NCBI GenBank assembly: GCA_037442825.1
Contig: JBBIPN010000017.1
Span: forward strand, 1 to 20,229
From: Sulfurihydrogenibium sp.
Lineage (GTDB): Bacteria; Aquificota; Aquificia; Aquificales; Hydrogenothermaceae
Reading direction: 5' to 3'
DNA length: 20,229 nucleotides
Shown here piece by piece: positions 11,126-19,834 of this stretch (the stretch's first letter is position 1; each line of letters opens with the position of its first letter). The position numbers were made by a program, and so were the translations under genes. The notes under the pieces were generated by a model. It had not been told where the DNA came from and did no database searches. It was given only the letters and a program-made list of their open reading frames with translations.

Positions 11126-11838
11126 AAAATATTTTAATTACAAGAGAAAAAAATCAGTTTGAAGAAATAAAGAAACTATTTGAAAAAGAAGGTTTTAATC
11201 CTATCCCTTTTCCAACAATAAAGTTCGAAGAAGTTGAAAATAATATTAATGTTAATGAGTATGATTGTTTAATATTTACTAGCAAAAACGCAGTTATTTT
11301 CTTTTTAAAGAAAAATCAAAATATAAATAATAAAAAAATAGTAGCTGTAGGTGAAAAAACAGCTCAATTATTGGAAAACTATGGTTTTAAAGATATTCTC
11401 TTTCCAGAAAATTTCAGTGGAGAAAGTTTGCTAGAGTTTTTAAAGAGTAATAAACATGAATTTATAAATAAAAAAATTGGTTTAGTTAGAGCTTTAGAAG
11501 GTAGCGATGTACTTCTTAATCAAAAAGAGTTTAAAGTTGACCTTATAACTGTATACAAAACTGATTTTAACATACCAGAAAATGTAAATACAGTTAAAGA
11601 TATGTTTAAAAATGGATTGATATATGCAGTAATTTTTTCAAGTCCTTCTACATTTGAAGGTTTCTTAAGAATATTTAAAGAAGAGACTAAAAATCTTTTA
11701 TCAAAAACAAAAGTTATAGCCATTGGAAAAACAACAGAAAAGTTCATCATTTCAAAAGGTTTTAATGTAAATTTTACTCCTAAAAAGTATACATTTGAAG
11801 AAATTGCAAAAAACTTAAAAACTCTCAACAACACCTAA
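11122..11838 (+). CDS. hemD: Uroporphyrinogen-III synthase
   Basis: ILITRE, IFTSKNAV, AVGEKTA, P..FSGESL, VYKT, FSSPST and AIGKTT. RBS AAGGTGA and ATGA overlap. Confidence 0.9.
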   Translation: MKNILITREKNQFEEIKKLFEKEGFNPIPFPTIKFEEVENNINVNEYDCLIFTSKNAVIFFLKKNQNINNKKIVAVGEKTAQLLENYGFKDILFPENFSGESLLEFLKSNKHEFINKKIGLVRALEGSDVLLNQKEFKVDLITVYKTDFNIPENVNTVKDMFKNGLIYAVIFSSPSTFEGFLRIFKEETKNLLSKTKVIAIGKTTEKFIISKGFNVNFTPKKYTFEEIAKNLKTLNNT

Positions 11839-12597
11839 AATTATACCGACTAAAAATCCAATAATAGCTCCGTTTAATCTAATCCATTGAAGTTCTTGCC
11901 ATGTTAGCTTTTTAACAGTGTTTAAAAACTCTTTATCAGATATAGATTTTATTTTATTCTCTATAGATAAAACTATACTATTGTAGTTATCTAAAATAAG
12001 TTTTGATATCTTTTCTTTTAATGTTTTATTTATATTCTCTTTAATATTTTCATCACCATCTAGCTTTTCAAAAACTTTTTCAATAATATCTGGAACAGCT
12101 TCTTTAAAATACTTTAAGAGAATATTGATTAAAATATCTTTAACAGAAATTTTTATAAATGATCCAAAAGGAAGCTCTTTGTATAAATCTTTAAATTCTT
12201 TTTTATCTGAGATACTTTTACTTATAATTTCTAGCAAAAACTCTGCAAATCTTTCCTTTGTTTTTTCATTTTTTAAGTTATCTAAAATATTTGTTAAATC
12301 TATTTTCTCAAGTTCTTTTTCTAAAAACTCTTTACTTATTAAAAACTCAGAAGCAAACTTTATTATCCTTTCTTCAATACTTTTTCTTTTATTTAAGATT
12401 AAATTTGTATGGGGACCTATTTTATAAAAAAGTCCATAAACAGCATAAGAATCCGCTATAAAACCTATTAAAGATGCTTCTAATCCATACTTTAAAACTT
12501 TAAAAAATATATAACTATCTAAATTTAGATAGCAAATTAAGATTACTAAAATTAAAACAACACAAAAAGATAAGTTTAGTATTTTCTCTAAATACAT
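11815..12597 (-). CDS. DUF445-family membrane-anchored protein
   Basis: N-terminal EASLIGFIADSYAVYGLF and C-terminal ELQWIRLNGAIIGFLVG resemble the conserved termini of DUF445. Confidence 0.75.
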   Translation of the reverse strand: MYLEKILNLSFCVVLILVILICYLNLDSYIFFKVLKYGLEASLIGFIADSYAVYGLFYKIGPHTNLILNKRKSIEERIIKFASEFLISKEFLEKELEKIDLTNILDNLKNEKTKERFAEFLLEIISKSISDKKEFKDLYKELPFGSFIKISVKDILINILLKYFKEAVPDIIEKVFEKLDGDENIKENINKTLKEKISKLILDNYNSIVLSIENKIKSISDKEFLNTVKKLTWQELQWIRLNGAIIGFLVGIILGVVESF

Positions 12598-13334
12598 AGA
12601 TAGTAAAAGCCTTTCATAGGTAGAAATGGTTCTAATATATGTTTGAAACTAAGATTTTCACTAATTAATCTACCATGTCCCCCTGTTATAATTACTTTGA
12701 AAGATTGATTAAACTCTTTCTCTAACCTATCTTTAACACCTTCAACTAAAGAAACATAACCATAGTATAATCCTGATTTTATACTATTTACTGTATTTTT
12801 CCCTACTACGCTGTTTGGTTTTCCAAAATCTACTTTTGGAAGCTTTGCAGTTTTTGAGAATAGACAGCTTAAAGATGATTCTATCCCTGGGAATATAAGA
12901 CCACCTTCATATTCACCATTTTTATTTACTATATCAAAGGTAATCGCTGTTCCAAAGTCTATTACTAAAATTGGTGGTTCAACTACCTTTAAAGATGCAA
13001 AAGCATTTAAAACTCTATCTGTCCCTACTTCCGATGGATTATCATAGTTTATTTTTATAGGTAGTTTAATATCTTTTCCAATAACTAATGGTTTAATAGA
13101 AAAAGATTTTATAATAGCATCTACGATTTTATTTTCTATCTGGGGCACTACAGAAGAGATAAGGACTTTTTCTAACTTTTTTTTTATATGTTTTTTTATA
13201 AAATCTAAATTTATCAACCAATCGTCTGGTGTTTTTTCTATATCTGTTTTAAACTTGAAGGTTTTTATGTTTGATAAATTTTCTACTGTTCCTATCTCTA
13301 CAGTTGTATTACCTATATCAATACCAATTATCAA
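12588..13334 (-). CDS. coaX: Type III pantothenate kinase
   Basis: IDIGNT, ISSVVP, NYDNPSEVGTDR, VIDFGTAITFD, GGLIFPG, TAKLP and TGG. TTG start overlaps the amidase stop. Confidence 0.95.
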   Translation of the reverse strand: MIIGIDIGNTTVEIGTVENLSNIKTFKFKTDIEKTPDDWLINLDFIKKHIKKKLEKVLISSVVPQIENKIVDAIIKSFSIKPLVIGKDIKLPIKINYDNPSEVGTDRVLNAFASLKVVEPPILVIDFGTAITFDIVNKNGEYEGGLIFPGIESSLSCLFSKTAKLPKVDFGKPNSVVGKNTVNSIKSGLYYGYVSLVEGVKDRLEKEFNQSFKVIITGGHGRLISENLSFKHILEPFLPMKGFYYLCI

Positions 13335-14527
13335 GAACTTTTTTCTCCTTCTTTAAAAACAAGATTCCTATACTTAAAGAAATAATCTACTGTAGATTTA
13401 TACAACTTTTTAGCAAAATCGTTAAGAAATTTATTATCTGCTAATAGTTTTGCATCGTTTTCATTTGTTATGAATGCTATCTCAACTAAAACTGCTGGTA
13501 TAGAAGGTGTTTTTAATACTGCAAAGTTTGCAGACTCAACTCTTTTAAACTCTGTTTGAGATTTAGTAAGAGTAAAATTTTTTTCTATAAATTTTGCAAA
13601 GTTTAAACCTTCTGTCATTGTATGACTTATTGCCATATCTGCAACGATCTTGTTTACACTTGGGTTTGCACTTACTTTTATTACCTTCAAAACTGTTTTA
13701 TTTTCTCTCTCTTCTACCATCCTTGCAAGTTTAGAAGTTGCACCTCTTAAATTAAGTGTGTATAGATAGGTCCCTGAAAGATTTGGGTTTTCTGATGCGT
13801 TTGTATGTATACTAATAAATAAATCTGCCTTCTTTTCTAATGCAACTAATGTTCTATCATAGAGCGGTATAAATGTATCGTTGTCTCTTGTAAGGTATAC
13901 TTTAAATCTTGGGTCTTTTGCAAGGTAAGATTTTAAACTTAGAGCAACTTTTAGATTTATATCTTTTTCTTTAAGTCCATTTGCTATAGCACCTGGGTCA
14001 TGTCCACCATGTCCTGGATCTATAACGATAACACGTTTTTTACCAGCATAAAATGATGGTACCTCTATAAATTCTGAATCTTTATCTAAGCTTTCTAAAT
14101 TTTTTAATATCTTATCTAAGATGTCTTGATTGTTGTTTTTTTCAACAATTTTTTTATGCTCTGGGTATTTTGCTACATTTACTGTTCTTATAAAATCAAT
14201 TACATATCTATCTGGACCTTTCAGAGCAAATGTTTTTATCGATAGGTTATCTTTAAAATCTATAAAAATTACCGTCTTTTTTCTTTCACTATCTTTTGTT
14301 ATCTCTAAGGAGTTTATAAATCTCGGATCTAATTTTAGATTTGGTGTCTTAATTTCATCATTAATTTTTAGAATAACGGTATTGCTTATCGGATAAATTT
14401 CAACTTCCTTAACACCATCAAAAACTATTCTATAACCATAGTCTTTTACACCTGTTCTTATCTCAAAAGCATTAAGATTTGCAACCCATATAACTAAACT
14501 AAAAAAAACAAAGAAGAATCTATTCAT
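13331..14527 (-). CDS. N-acetylmuramoyl-L-alanine amidase (AmiC-like: signal peptide, AMIN-like domain, Amidase_3)
   Basis: IDPGHGGHDPGA, EKDINL, LTRDND, FISIHTNA, FAVLK.PSIPAVLVEIAFITN, and AMIN-like PDRYVIDF. Confidence 0.92.
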   Translation of the reverse strand: MNRFFFVFFSLVIWVANLNAFEIRTGVKDYGYRIVFDGVKEVEIYPISNTVILKINDEIKTPNLKLDPRFINSLEITKDSERKKTVIFIDFKDNLSIKTFALKGPDRYVIDFIRTVNVAKYPEHKKIVEKNNNQDILDKILKNLESLDKDSEFIEVPSFYAGKKRVIVIDPGHGGHDPGAIANGLKEKDINLKVALSLKSYLAKDPRFKVYLTRDNDTFIPLYDRTLVALEKKADLFISIHTNASENPNLSGTYLYTLNLRGATSKLARMVEERENKTVLKVIKVSANPSVNKIVADMAISHTMTEGLNFAKFIEKNFTLTKSQTEFKRVESANFAVLKTPSIPAVLVEIAFITNENDAKLLADNKFLNDFAKKLYKSTVDYFFKYRNLVFKEGEKSS

Positions 14528-14586
14528 AATTACTTTTTCGCCTGTAAATAAAAAAAGTTAAATATATTATACATAAGTCAAATTAT

Positions 14587-14617
14587 ATCTCCCACCAAAA
14601 AAGATGGGAGATTTTTT
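14587..14617. terminator. Stem-loop directly after metE, probable terminator (possibly bidirectional)
   Basis: Minus strand ATCTCCCATC-TTTTTT-GGTGGGAGAT (10-bp stem, one U.G pair), 9 nt after the metE stop. The clear T-tract follows the stem on the + strand. Confidence 0.65.
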
Positions 14618-14621
14618 ATAT

Positions 14622-16904
14622 TTAGAAAGATTCTCTTAATCTTTTAGCTACCTTTACCATGTTTTTTAATGCTGGTATAGTCTCTTTCCAATCTCTTGTT
14701 TTTAACCCACAATCTGGATTAACCCATATTAGATTTTTATCTATATATTTTAAAGAACGTTTTACTATTTCTTCTATTTCTTCTTCTTTTGGTATCCTTG
14801 GAGAATGTATATCATAAACACCTATACCTATTCCATGGTCATATTTAAATTTTTCAAATGCCAAAAGTATTTCTCCTTTACTTCTTGAAGCTTCAATAGA
14901 TATAACATCTGCATCCATTTTATGTATATACTCTATAATATCATTAAAATCTGAGTAACACATATGTGTGTGTATCTGTGTTTCTTCCTTCACCGTATTA
15001 TGGGTAAGTTTAAATGATTTAACTGCCCAGTTTAAATAATAAGCTTGTTTAGATTTTTTAAGTGGTAAACCTTCTCTAAATGCTGGTTCATCTATCTGAA
15101 TAATTTTAATTCCAGCTTTTTCTAAATCTAAAACCTCTTCTCTTAAGGCTAAAGCTATCTGGTATGCTATGTATTCTTTTTGTATGTCTTTTCTATAAAA
15201 AGACCAGTTTAATATGGTTACTGGTCCTGTTAACATTCCTTTAACTGGTTTGTTGGTTAAACTTTGGGCAAAAGTTATCTCTTTTAATGTCATTGGTTCT
15301 GGTCTTGATACATCACCATAAATTATTGGTGGTCTTACACATCTTGAGCCATAAGATTGTACCCACCCATTTTTTGTAAATGCAAAACCTTTAAGTTTTT
15401 CACCAAAAAATTCAACCATATCTGTTCTTTCAAATTCTCCATGAACTAAAACATCTAAACCTATTTCTTCTTGTATTTTTATAACATTTCTTATCTGTTC
15501 TTTTATAAACGAGTCATACTCTTGTTTTGATATTCTACCTGCTTTAAAATCTGCTCTTTTCTTTCTAATTTCTTGAGTCTGTGGAAAACTTCCTATTGTA
15601 GTTGTAGGTAAAATTGGAAGTTTGAGAATTTCCATCTGTTTTTTATACCTTGTTTGAAAATCAAAACTTCTAGAAATATCTATATTTTTATATTCTTCTA
15701 CCAATTTTCTAACATTATCATCTTTCTTAGATTCAAAGAATCTATCAAGATTATAGTTAGGTAAAATAAAATCTTTCTCAAAGAAATCTTTTAACTGCTT
15801 TAATTCATCAAGTCTCTCATCTGCAAAAGAAAGAACATTAATTAAATCTTCTGGTAAATGCTCTTTTTCAAACTTTACTGTTATTGGAAGATGAAAAAGT
15901 GGAGAAGCATTTGAAAGTATTATATTTTCTTCTTTTGTATACTTTGTTAGGTCTTTAATAAGATTTACTGTCTGTTTTAAATCAGTTTTCCAAGGGTCTC
16001 TTCCAGATACAACACCAGCAAATAAAACCTTATCTGAAGGAAAACCATACCTTTTGATATTCTCAAAGTTTTCATTGTTAGATACAAAATCTAAACCTAT
16101 CCCATAAACAGGAAGGTTTACTAAACTATCATAAGCCGATAAACTTTCATAATAAGTTTGAACTATTACCTTTAGACTTTTCAATCCATCTACAACTTTT
16201 TTATAAATTTGATTTATAAGGTCTATTTCCTTTTCTCTTAAATCTAATACAAAAGCTGGTTCATCTAACTGGACATACTCTACTCCTTCTTTCTCAAGTT
16301 CTAATAAAACTTGATTGTAAAGTTTAGCAAATATGTCTAAAAATCCTTCAAACTTTTCACTTTCATTAGCTTTTACCATTTCCATTAAGAAAGTATTACT
16401 TTGTTTTTGATAAACTTTTGAAATATAAACAAATGTAAAAGGTCCTACTAAAACAGGTTTAGATTTTATATTAAAGTTTTCCTTAACATATCTAAAAGAT
16501 TCTAATGGTCTATTTTTAACAAGTTTAATATCTCCTGAAAGTTCTGGCACTATGTAATGGTAGTTTGTATCAAACCATTTTGTCATCTCACAAGCAATAG
16601 CTTCATCTGTACCTCTTGCCATAGCAAAATACTGACCTAAACTATCTTGAATATTTTTAAATCTTTCTGGTATTACATTAAACATAGTAGCCACATCTAA
16701 AACAAAATCATAAAGTGAAAAATCATTTGAAGGAACAATATCAACACCTTTTTCTATCATCTTTTTTATTCGCTCATCATTTATTGCTCTAACTTGATTT
16801 AAAAACTCTTCTTTTGTAACAGCTTTTTTCCAGTAAGATTCTAAAGCTTTTTTTAACTCTCTGTTTGGCCCTATTTTTGGATAGCCATAAACTGTTGTTT
16901 TCAT
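14622..16904 (-). CDS. metE: Cobalamin-independent methionine synthase
   Basis: Full double-barrel MetE: GYPKIGPNRELK, EMTKWFDTNYHY, PTTTIGSFPQT, HGEFERTDMVEFF, WVQSYGSRCVRPP, and Zn ligands in HTHMC, IE and NPDCGLKTR. Confidence 0.98.
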   Translation of the reverse strand: MKTTVYGYPKIGPNRELKKALESYWKKAVTKEEFLNQVRAINDERIKKMIEKGVDIVPSNDFSLYDFVLDVATMFNVIPERFKNIQDSLGQYFAMARGTDEAIACEMTKWFDTNYHYIVPELSGDIKLVKNRPLESFRYVKENFNIKSKPVLVGPFTFVYISKVYQKQSNTFLMEMVKANESEKFEGFLDIFAKLYNQVLLELEKEGVEYVQLDEPAFVLDLREKEIDLINQIYKKVVDGLKSLKVIVQTYYESLSAYDSLVNLPVYGIGLDFVSNNENFENIKRYGFPSDKVLFAGVVSGRDPWKTDLKQTVNLIKDLTKYTKEENIILSNASPLFHLPITVKFEKEHLPEDLINVLSFADERLDELKQLKDFFEKDFILPNYNLDRFFESKKDDNVRKLVEEYKNIDISRSFDFQTRYKKQMEILKLPILPTTTIGSFPQTQEIRKKRADFKAGRISKQEYDSFIKEQIRNVIKIQEEIGLDVLVHGEFERTDMVEFFGEKLKGFAFTKNGWVQSYGSRCVRPPIIYGDVSRPEPMTLKEITFAQSLTNKPVKGMLTGPVTILNWSFYRKDIQKEYIAYQIALALREEVLDLEKAGIKIIQIDEPAFREGLPLKKSKQAYYLNWAVKSFKLTHNTVKEETQIHTHMCYSDFNDIIEYIHKMDADVISIEASRSKGEILLAFEKFKYDHGIGIGVYDIHSPRIPKEEEIEEIVKRSLKYIDKNLIWVNPDCGLKTRDWKETIPALKNMVKVAKRLRESF

Positions 16905-16916
16905 ACAAAAACCTCC

Positions 16917-16951
16917 TGCAAATGAAAATTATTTGCAATTATATTAACATA
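16917..16951 (-). promoter_or_regulatory. Promoter/operator cassette copy 1 (metE): extended -10 TGtTAATAT plus palindromic operator between the -10 and the RBS
   Basis: tgcaaatgaaaattatttgcaattatattaacata is 33/35 identical to 19835-19869 and abuts the AGGAGG RBS of metE. Confidence 0.85.
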
Positions 16952-16961
16952 TAAAAATTTC

Positions 16962-16982
16962 AAATGCAAACTATTTGCATTT
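16962..16982. promoter_or_regulatory. Perfect 9-3-9 palindromic operator AAATGCAAA-CTA-TTTGCATTT (Fur-family-type box)
   Basis: Exact inverted repeat in the metE/regulator divergent intergenic region. Shares the TGCAAA/TTTGCA half-sites with both 35-bp cassettes. Confidence 0.8.
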
Positions 16983-17009
16983 ATAGAAAAATGGGAAATA
17001 TTATACCTA

Positions 17010-17018
17010 TGCTATAAT
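17010..17018 (+). promoter_or_regulatory. Putative extended -10 promoter of the Fur-family gene
   Basis: TGcTATAAT (consensus), 25 nt upstream of the ATG at 17044. AAGGAG RBS at 17037-17042. Confidence 0.55.
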
Positions 17019-17043
17019 AGTTGTTATCAAAAGGATAAGGAGA

Positions 17044-17457
17044 ATGATGGAAAGTTTAAAAATACCTGAAGGTTATAAAATTACAAAACAGAGAAAAGCT
17101 ATTTTAGAAGTTTTAGAGTATTTTGAAACACCGGTCCATGCAGAGGATATATTTTTAAAACTTAAAGACCTTGGAATGGATATAAGTTTATCTACAATAT
17201 ATAGAAATCTTGATATGCTTCAGAAACAAGGTTTAGTAGTTAAAGCTTATATGTTAAATGAAGATAAAGCACGTTTTGGTTTAAGTTCTAAAAAAAATTA
17301 TCTTGTTTGTCAAGAGTGTAAAAAGATAGTAATCATTGATAACTGTCCTTTTGAAAAATTTAAAGAAGAACTTATAGAAGTTCACGGTTTTGACATTTTA
17401 GGTCATAGTATTGAAGTTTATGGGATATGCCCAGATTGTAAAAACAAATTAAAATAA
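17044..17457 (+). CDS. Fur-family transcriptional regulator, atypical (Zur-like scaffold lacking the His cluster)
   Basis: KITKQRKAIL, AEDI, ISLSTIYRNL, CxxC (C89/C92) and GHSIEVYGICPDC. The true start may be the second ATG (17047), given RBS spacing. Confidence 0.92.
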   Translation: MMESLKIPEGYKITKQRKAILEVLEYFETPVHAEDIFLKLKDLGMDISLSTIYRNLDMLQKQGLVVKAYMLNEDKARFGLSSKKNYLVCQECKKIVIIDNCPFEKFKEELIEVHGFDILGHSIEVYGICPDCKNKLK

Positions 17458-18024
17458 TCTAAATCTTTCCCTTTTATTAAAAGCTAGCATAAGAAATGTT
17501 ATAACAGTTATTTGAATAAAAAATAGTAAAAAGTGTATATAAAAAACTTTAAGTTGATTAGATGTGATATAAAAAATTATCTCTATTAATTTATAAAATC
17601 CATAAGATAAAACTAAACCAATTAAATAACCAGCTTGTTTGACTATATCAAGTACTGAGAGAAGTTTTTTGTATCTCAATATTATTGTTTCTGTTCTAAC
17701 AAGGTAAGAGCCAAATAAAAATGTAATCTGATAACCACTGTATATACATAATGCTGTAGTGTATGAAAAAGGTTTTAAAAGAAAAAAAACTACTATAAAT
17801 AACATAATCATCTCAACAAATAAAGATATCCTAAAAAACATTTTTCTATTCATTATCTTTTCATAAAACTTTGCTATCACCATACTACCTAAAGCCAACA
17901 AAATACCACCAACAGAAAAAATAGAGGGACTTAAAGGTTGGTATAATGTAAAAACAGAACCTATAGAAAGCCCTGCAAAAATCGAGTTAAAAAATTTATA
18001 ACTAAAGTAGTATTTAACCTTCAT
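17449..18024 (-). CDS. Uncharacterised integral membrane protein (about 6 hydrophobic segments), coupled to the TonB-dependent receptor gene
   Basis: 191-aa hydrophobic ORF starting 2 nt after the receptor stop codon. No family recognised with confidence. Confidence 0.8.
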   Translation of the reverse strand: MKVKYYFSYKFFNSIFAGLSIGSVFTLYQPLSPSIFSVGGILLALGSMVIAKFYEKIMNRKMFFRISLFVEMIMLFIVVFFLLKPFSYTTALCIYSGYQITFLFGSYLVRTETIILRYKKLLSVLDIVKQAGYLIGLVLSYGFYKLIEIIFYITSNQLKVFYIHFLLFFIQITVITFLMLAFNKRERFRLF

Positions 18025-18026
18025 AA

Positions 18027-19823
18027 CTAAAACTTTCCAGTAATACCAGCATATACAGACCTACCAAAAGAAGCATAACCATAAACAGTTTGATAGTATT
18101 TATTTGTTAAATTATCAACTTTTAAATAACCAGAAATATATTTACTTAAATCAATATTAAAAATAACATTTAGTAAAGTATAAAATCCTGTTTGTTTATT
18201 ATTTGAATCTTTTTTATTTCCGATATATTCACCGTTTAAAACTATATTTAAATTATCAACTGGAAAAAGAGAAATATTAAAATCTATCTTCTCTTTAGGT
18301 CTCCTTGGTAAATCTTTATCGTCTTTATCTTTTGCTGAAAGATTTGTATAACTTAAATAGATACTTGATTTTAATGATTTTAAATCTTTTTTATAAGAAA
18401 GTTCTATACCTTTTATAGTTGAGGTCCCCACAATGTTAGCATAACGGAATGTTAATAAATCAAAATCTATCAAATTATTAATTTTATATTTAAAAAATGT
18501 TAAATTAAAACCAAATAAATTTACTCCAATATCATAGTTTTTAGAATCTTCAGGGTTTAAATTTTTATTCCCAAAAATACTATAAAGTTGGTACATTGTT
18601 GGAATGTTATAGGATGTTCCATAGTTTGCATACAGATCTATATCTTCTTTTATGATATACTTCCCACCAATTTTGTATGTAGATTTATCTGAGAAACTAC
18701 TGTAGTTATCATATCTTACTGTCTGAGATAATATGATACTGCTAAATTTATTTACATTTGTAAAGTAGTAACCTGTATCATGGTACCTTCCAGTCACATT
18801 ACTATCAGACTCTTTAAAATCTTGTCTAACCAATCCATAAACGATAAATGAATCTTTAAGGTAGTTCCAGTTACCTCTAAATCCAAACTCAGTTAAATTT
18901 CCTTTATAACTATAATTTGGATTCCATCCTGTTGGTTCATAGTATGACCTATCAAAATCAGAAAGGTTACTATAAAGTTGTAATTCATGTTTACCTATGG
19001 TCTTTTTATATTGAAAGTTGTAAAATTTTTGATTTATATGTGCCTTATTATTTGCATCTGCAGGTTGCCATGTAATACTATCAAAACCATCATAATTAAC
19101 AATAGCATCAATAAACTTCATTGAAGTTTCAAATCTATCCCTTTCTGTAATATTTAAACCAATTTTTAAATTCACAGTATCATTTTTATATTTATCAGAC
19201 TCCATGTTTAAATCTTTCCATCTTTTACCATAAGGTTCAGCAGCAGATATAGAATAACTATCAAATCTGTGTAATCCAAATAATAAATCTATTTTATCAT
19301 TAGCTAAAGTAATTGTAGTACCGTACTTTTTTGTAGTATAACTTCCATATTCAAAATAAGCGTTTAAATGGATACCTTTTTTTGGTTTTTTAGTGATTAT
19401 ATTGATAACACCAGCAGAAGCATCTGGACCCCAAACACCAGATTGACTACCTTTAATAACTTCTATTTGTTCAATATCTGAAATTAATATATGCTCCAAC
19501 ATAGCTCCATTTAAACCAGTTATATCGTTTAACCTTATTCCATCTAACATAATTAAAGTTCTTTTAGGATCCATACCTCTTAAATAAACAGATGTTGGTT
19601 GACCATATCCACCATTTGATGAAAAAGATACACTTGAAAGTTTATTTATAACATCTATCAATATAGTAGCTTTTAGATCTTTTATCTCATCTTCTTTAAT
19701 AATATTTACAGAAGATGTTGAGTATTTAATTTCTGTTGACGTGTTATAAACAGAAAATAGTTTTAAAGACTCTTCTGCAGATGCAAAGCCAACAACTAAA
19801 CCTACAACAGCTAACCTTTTCAT
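18027..19823 (-). CDS. btuB: TonB-dependent outer-membrane receptor, BtuB (cobalamin transporter)-like
   Basis: Signal peptide; plug NGGYGQPTSVYLRG...LIMLDGIRLN...IEVIKG..S.VWG.DA..GVINIIT; barrel YGTSY..PT..QLY...GN.NL.PE.S, LPRRPK, NL..K.YQTVYGY...GR and terminal Phe. These segments and the ~600-aa size resemble E. coli BtuB as I recall it. The substrate is an inference. Confidence 0.75.
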   Translation of the reverse strand: MKRLAVVGLVVGFASAEESLKLFSVYNTSTEIKYSTSSVNIIKEDEIKDLKATILIDVINKLSSVSFSSNGGYGQPTSVYLRGMDPKRTLIMLDGIRLNDITGLNGAMLEHILISDIEQIEVIKGSQSGVWGPDASAGVINIITKKPKKGIHLNAYFEYGSYTTKKYGTTITLANDKIDLLFGLHRFDSYSISAAEPYGKRWKDLNMESDKYKNDTVNLKIGLNITERDRFETSMKFIDAIVNYDGFDSITWQPADANNKAHINQKFYNFQYKKTIGKHELQLYSNLSDFDRSYYEPTGWNPNYSYKGNLTEFGFRGNWNYLKDSFIVYGLVRQDFKESDSNVTGRYHDTGYYFTNVNKFSSIILSQTVRYDNYSSFSDKSTYKIGGKYIIKEDIDLYANYGTSYNIPTMYQLYSIFGNKNLNPEDSKNYDIGVNLFGFNLTFFKYKINNLIDFDLLTFRYANIVGTSTIKGIELSYKKDLKSLKSSIYLSYTNLSAKDKDDKDLPRRPKEKIDFNISLFPVDNLNIVLNGEYIGNKKDSNNKQTGFYTLLNVIFNIDLSKYISGYLKVDNLTNKYYQTVYGYASFGRSVYAGITGKF

Positions 19824-19834
19824 TTATCCTCCAA

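Noticed and set aside
13177..13198. Poly-T tracts in coaX as phase-variation sites
   Set aside because: They encode Lys runs on the coding strand, the frame is intact, and such runs are expected in a genome this AT-rich.
9649..14396. ORFs 9649..9843, 11520..11834, 12125..12427, 12258..12461 and 14130..14396
   Set aside because: All lie antisense within confidently assigned genes and have the Phe/Ser/Leu-rich composition typical of shadow ORFs.
16905..17043. Cobalamin or SAM riboswitch upstream of metE
   Set aside because: Only 139 bp, very AT-rich, shared with a divergent gene, and no B12-box or S-box-like GC-paired core is visible. An Rfam search was not run.
17044..17457. Naming the regulator fur, zur or perR
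   Set aside because: The ligand residues that define these subfamilies are missing, so no symbol is supportable.
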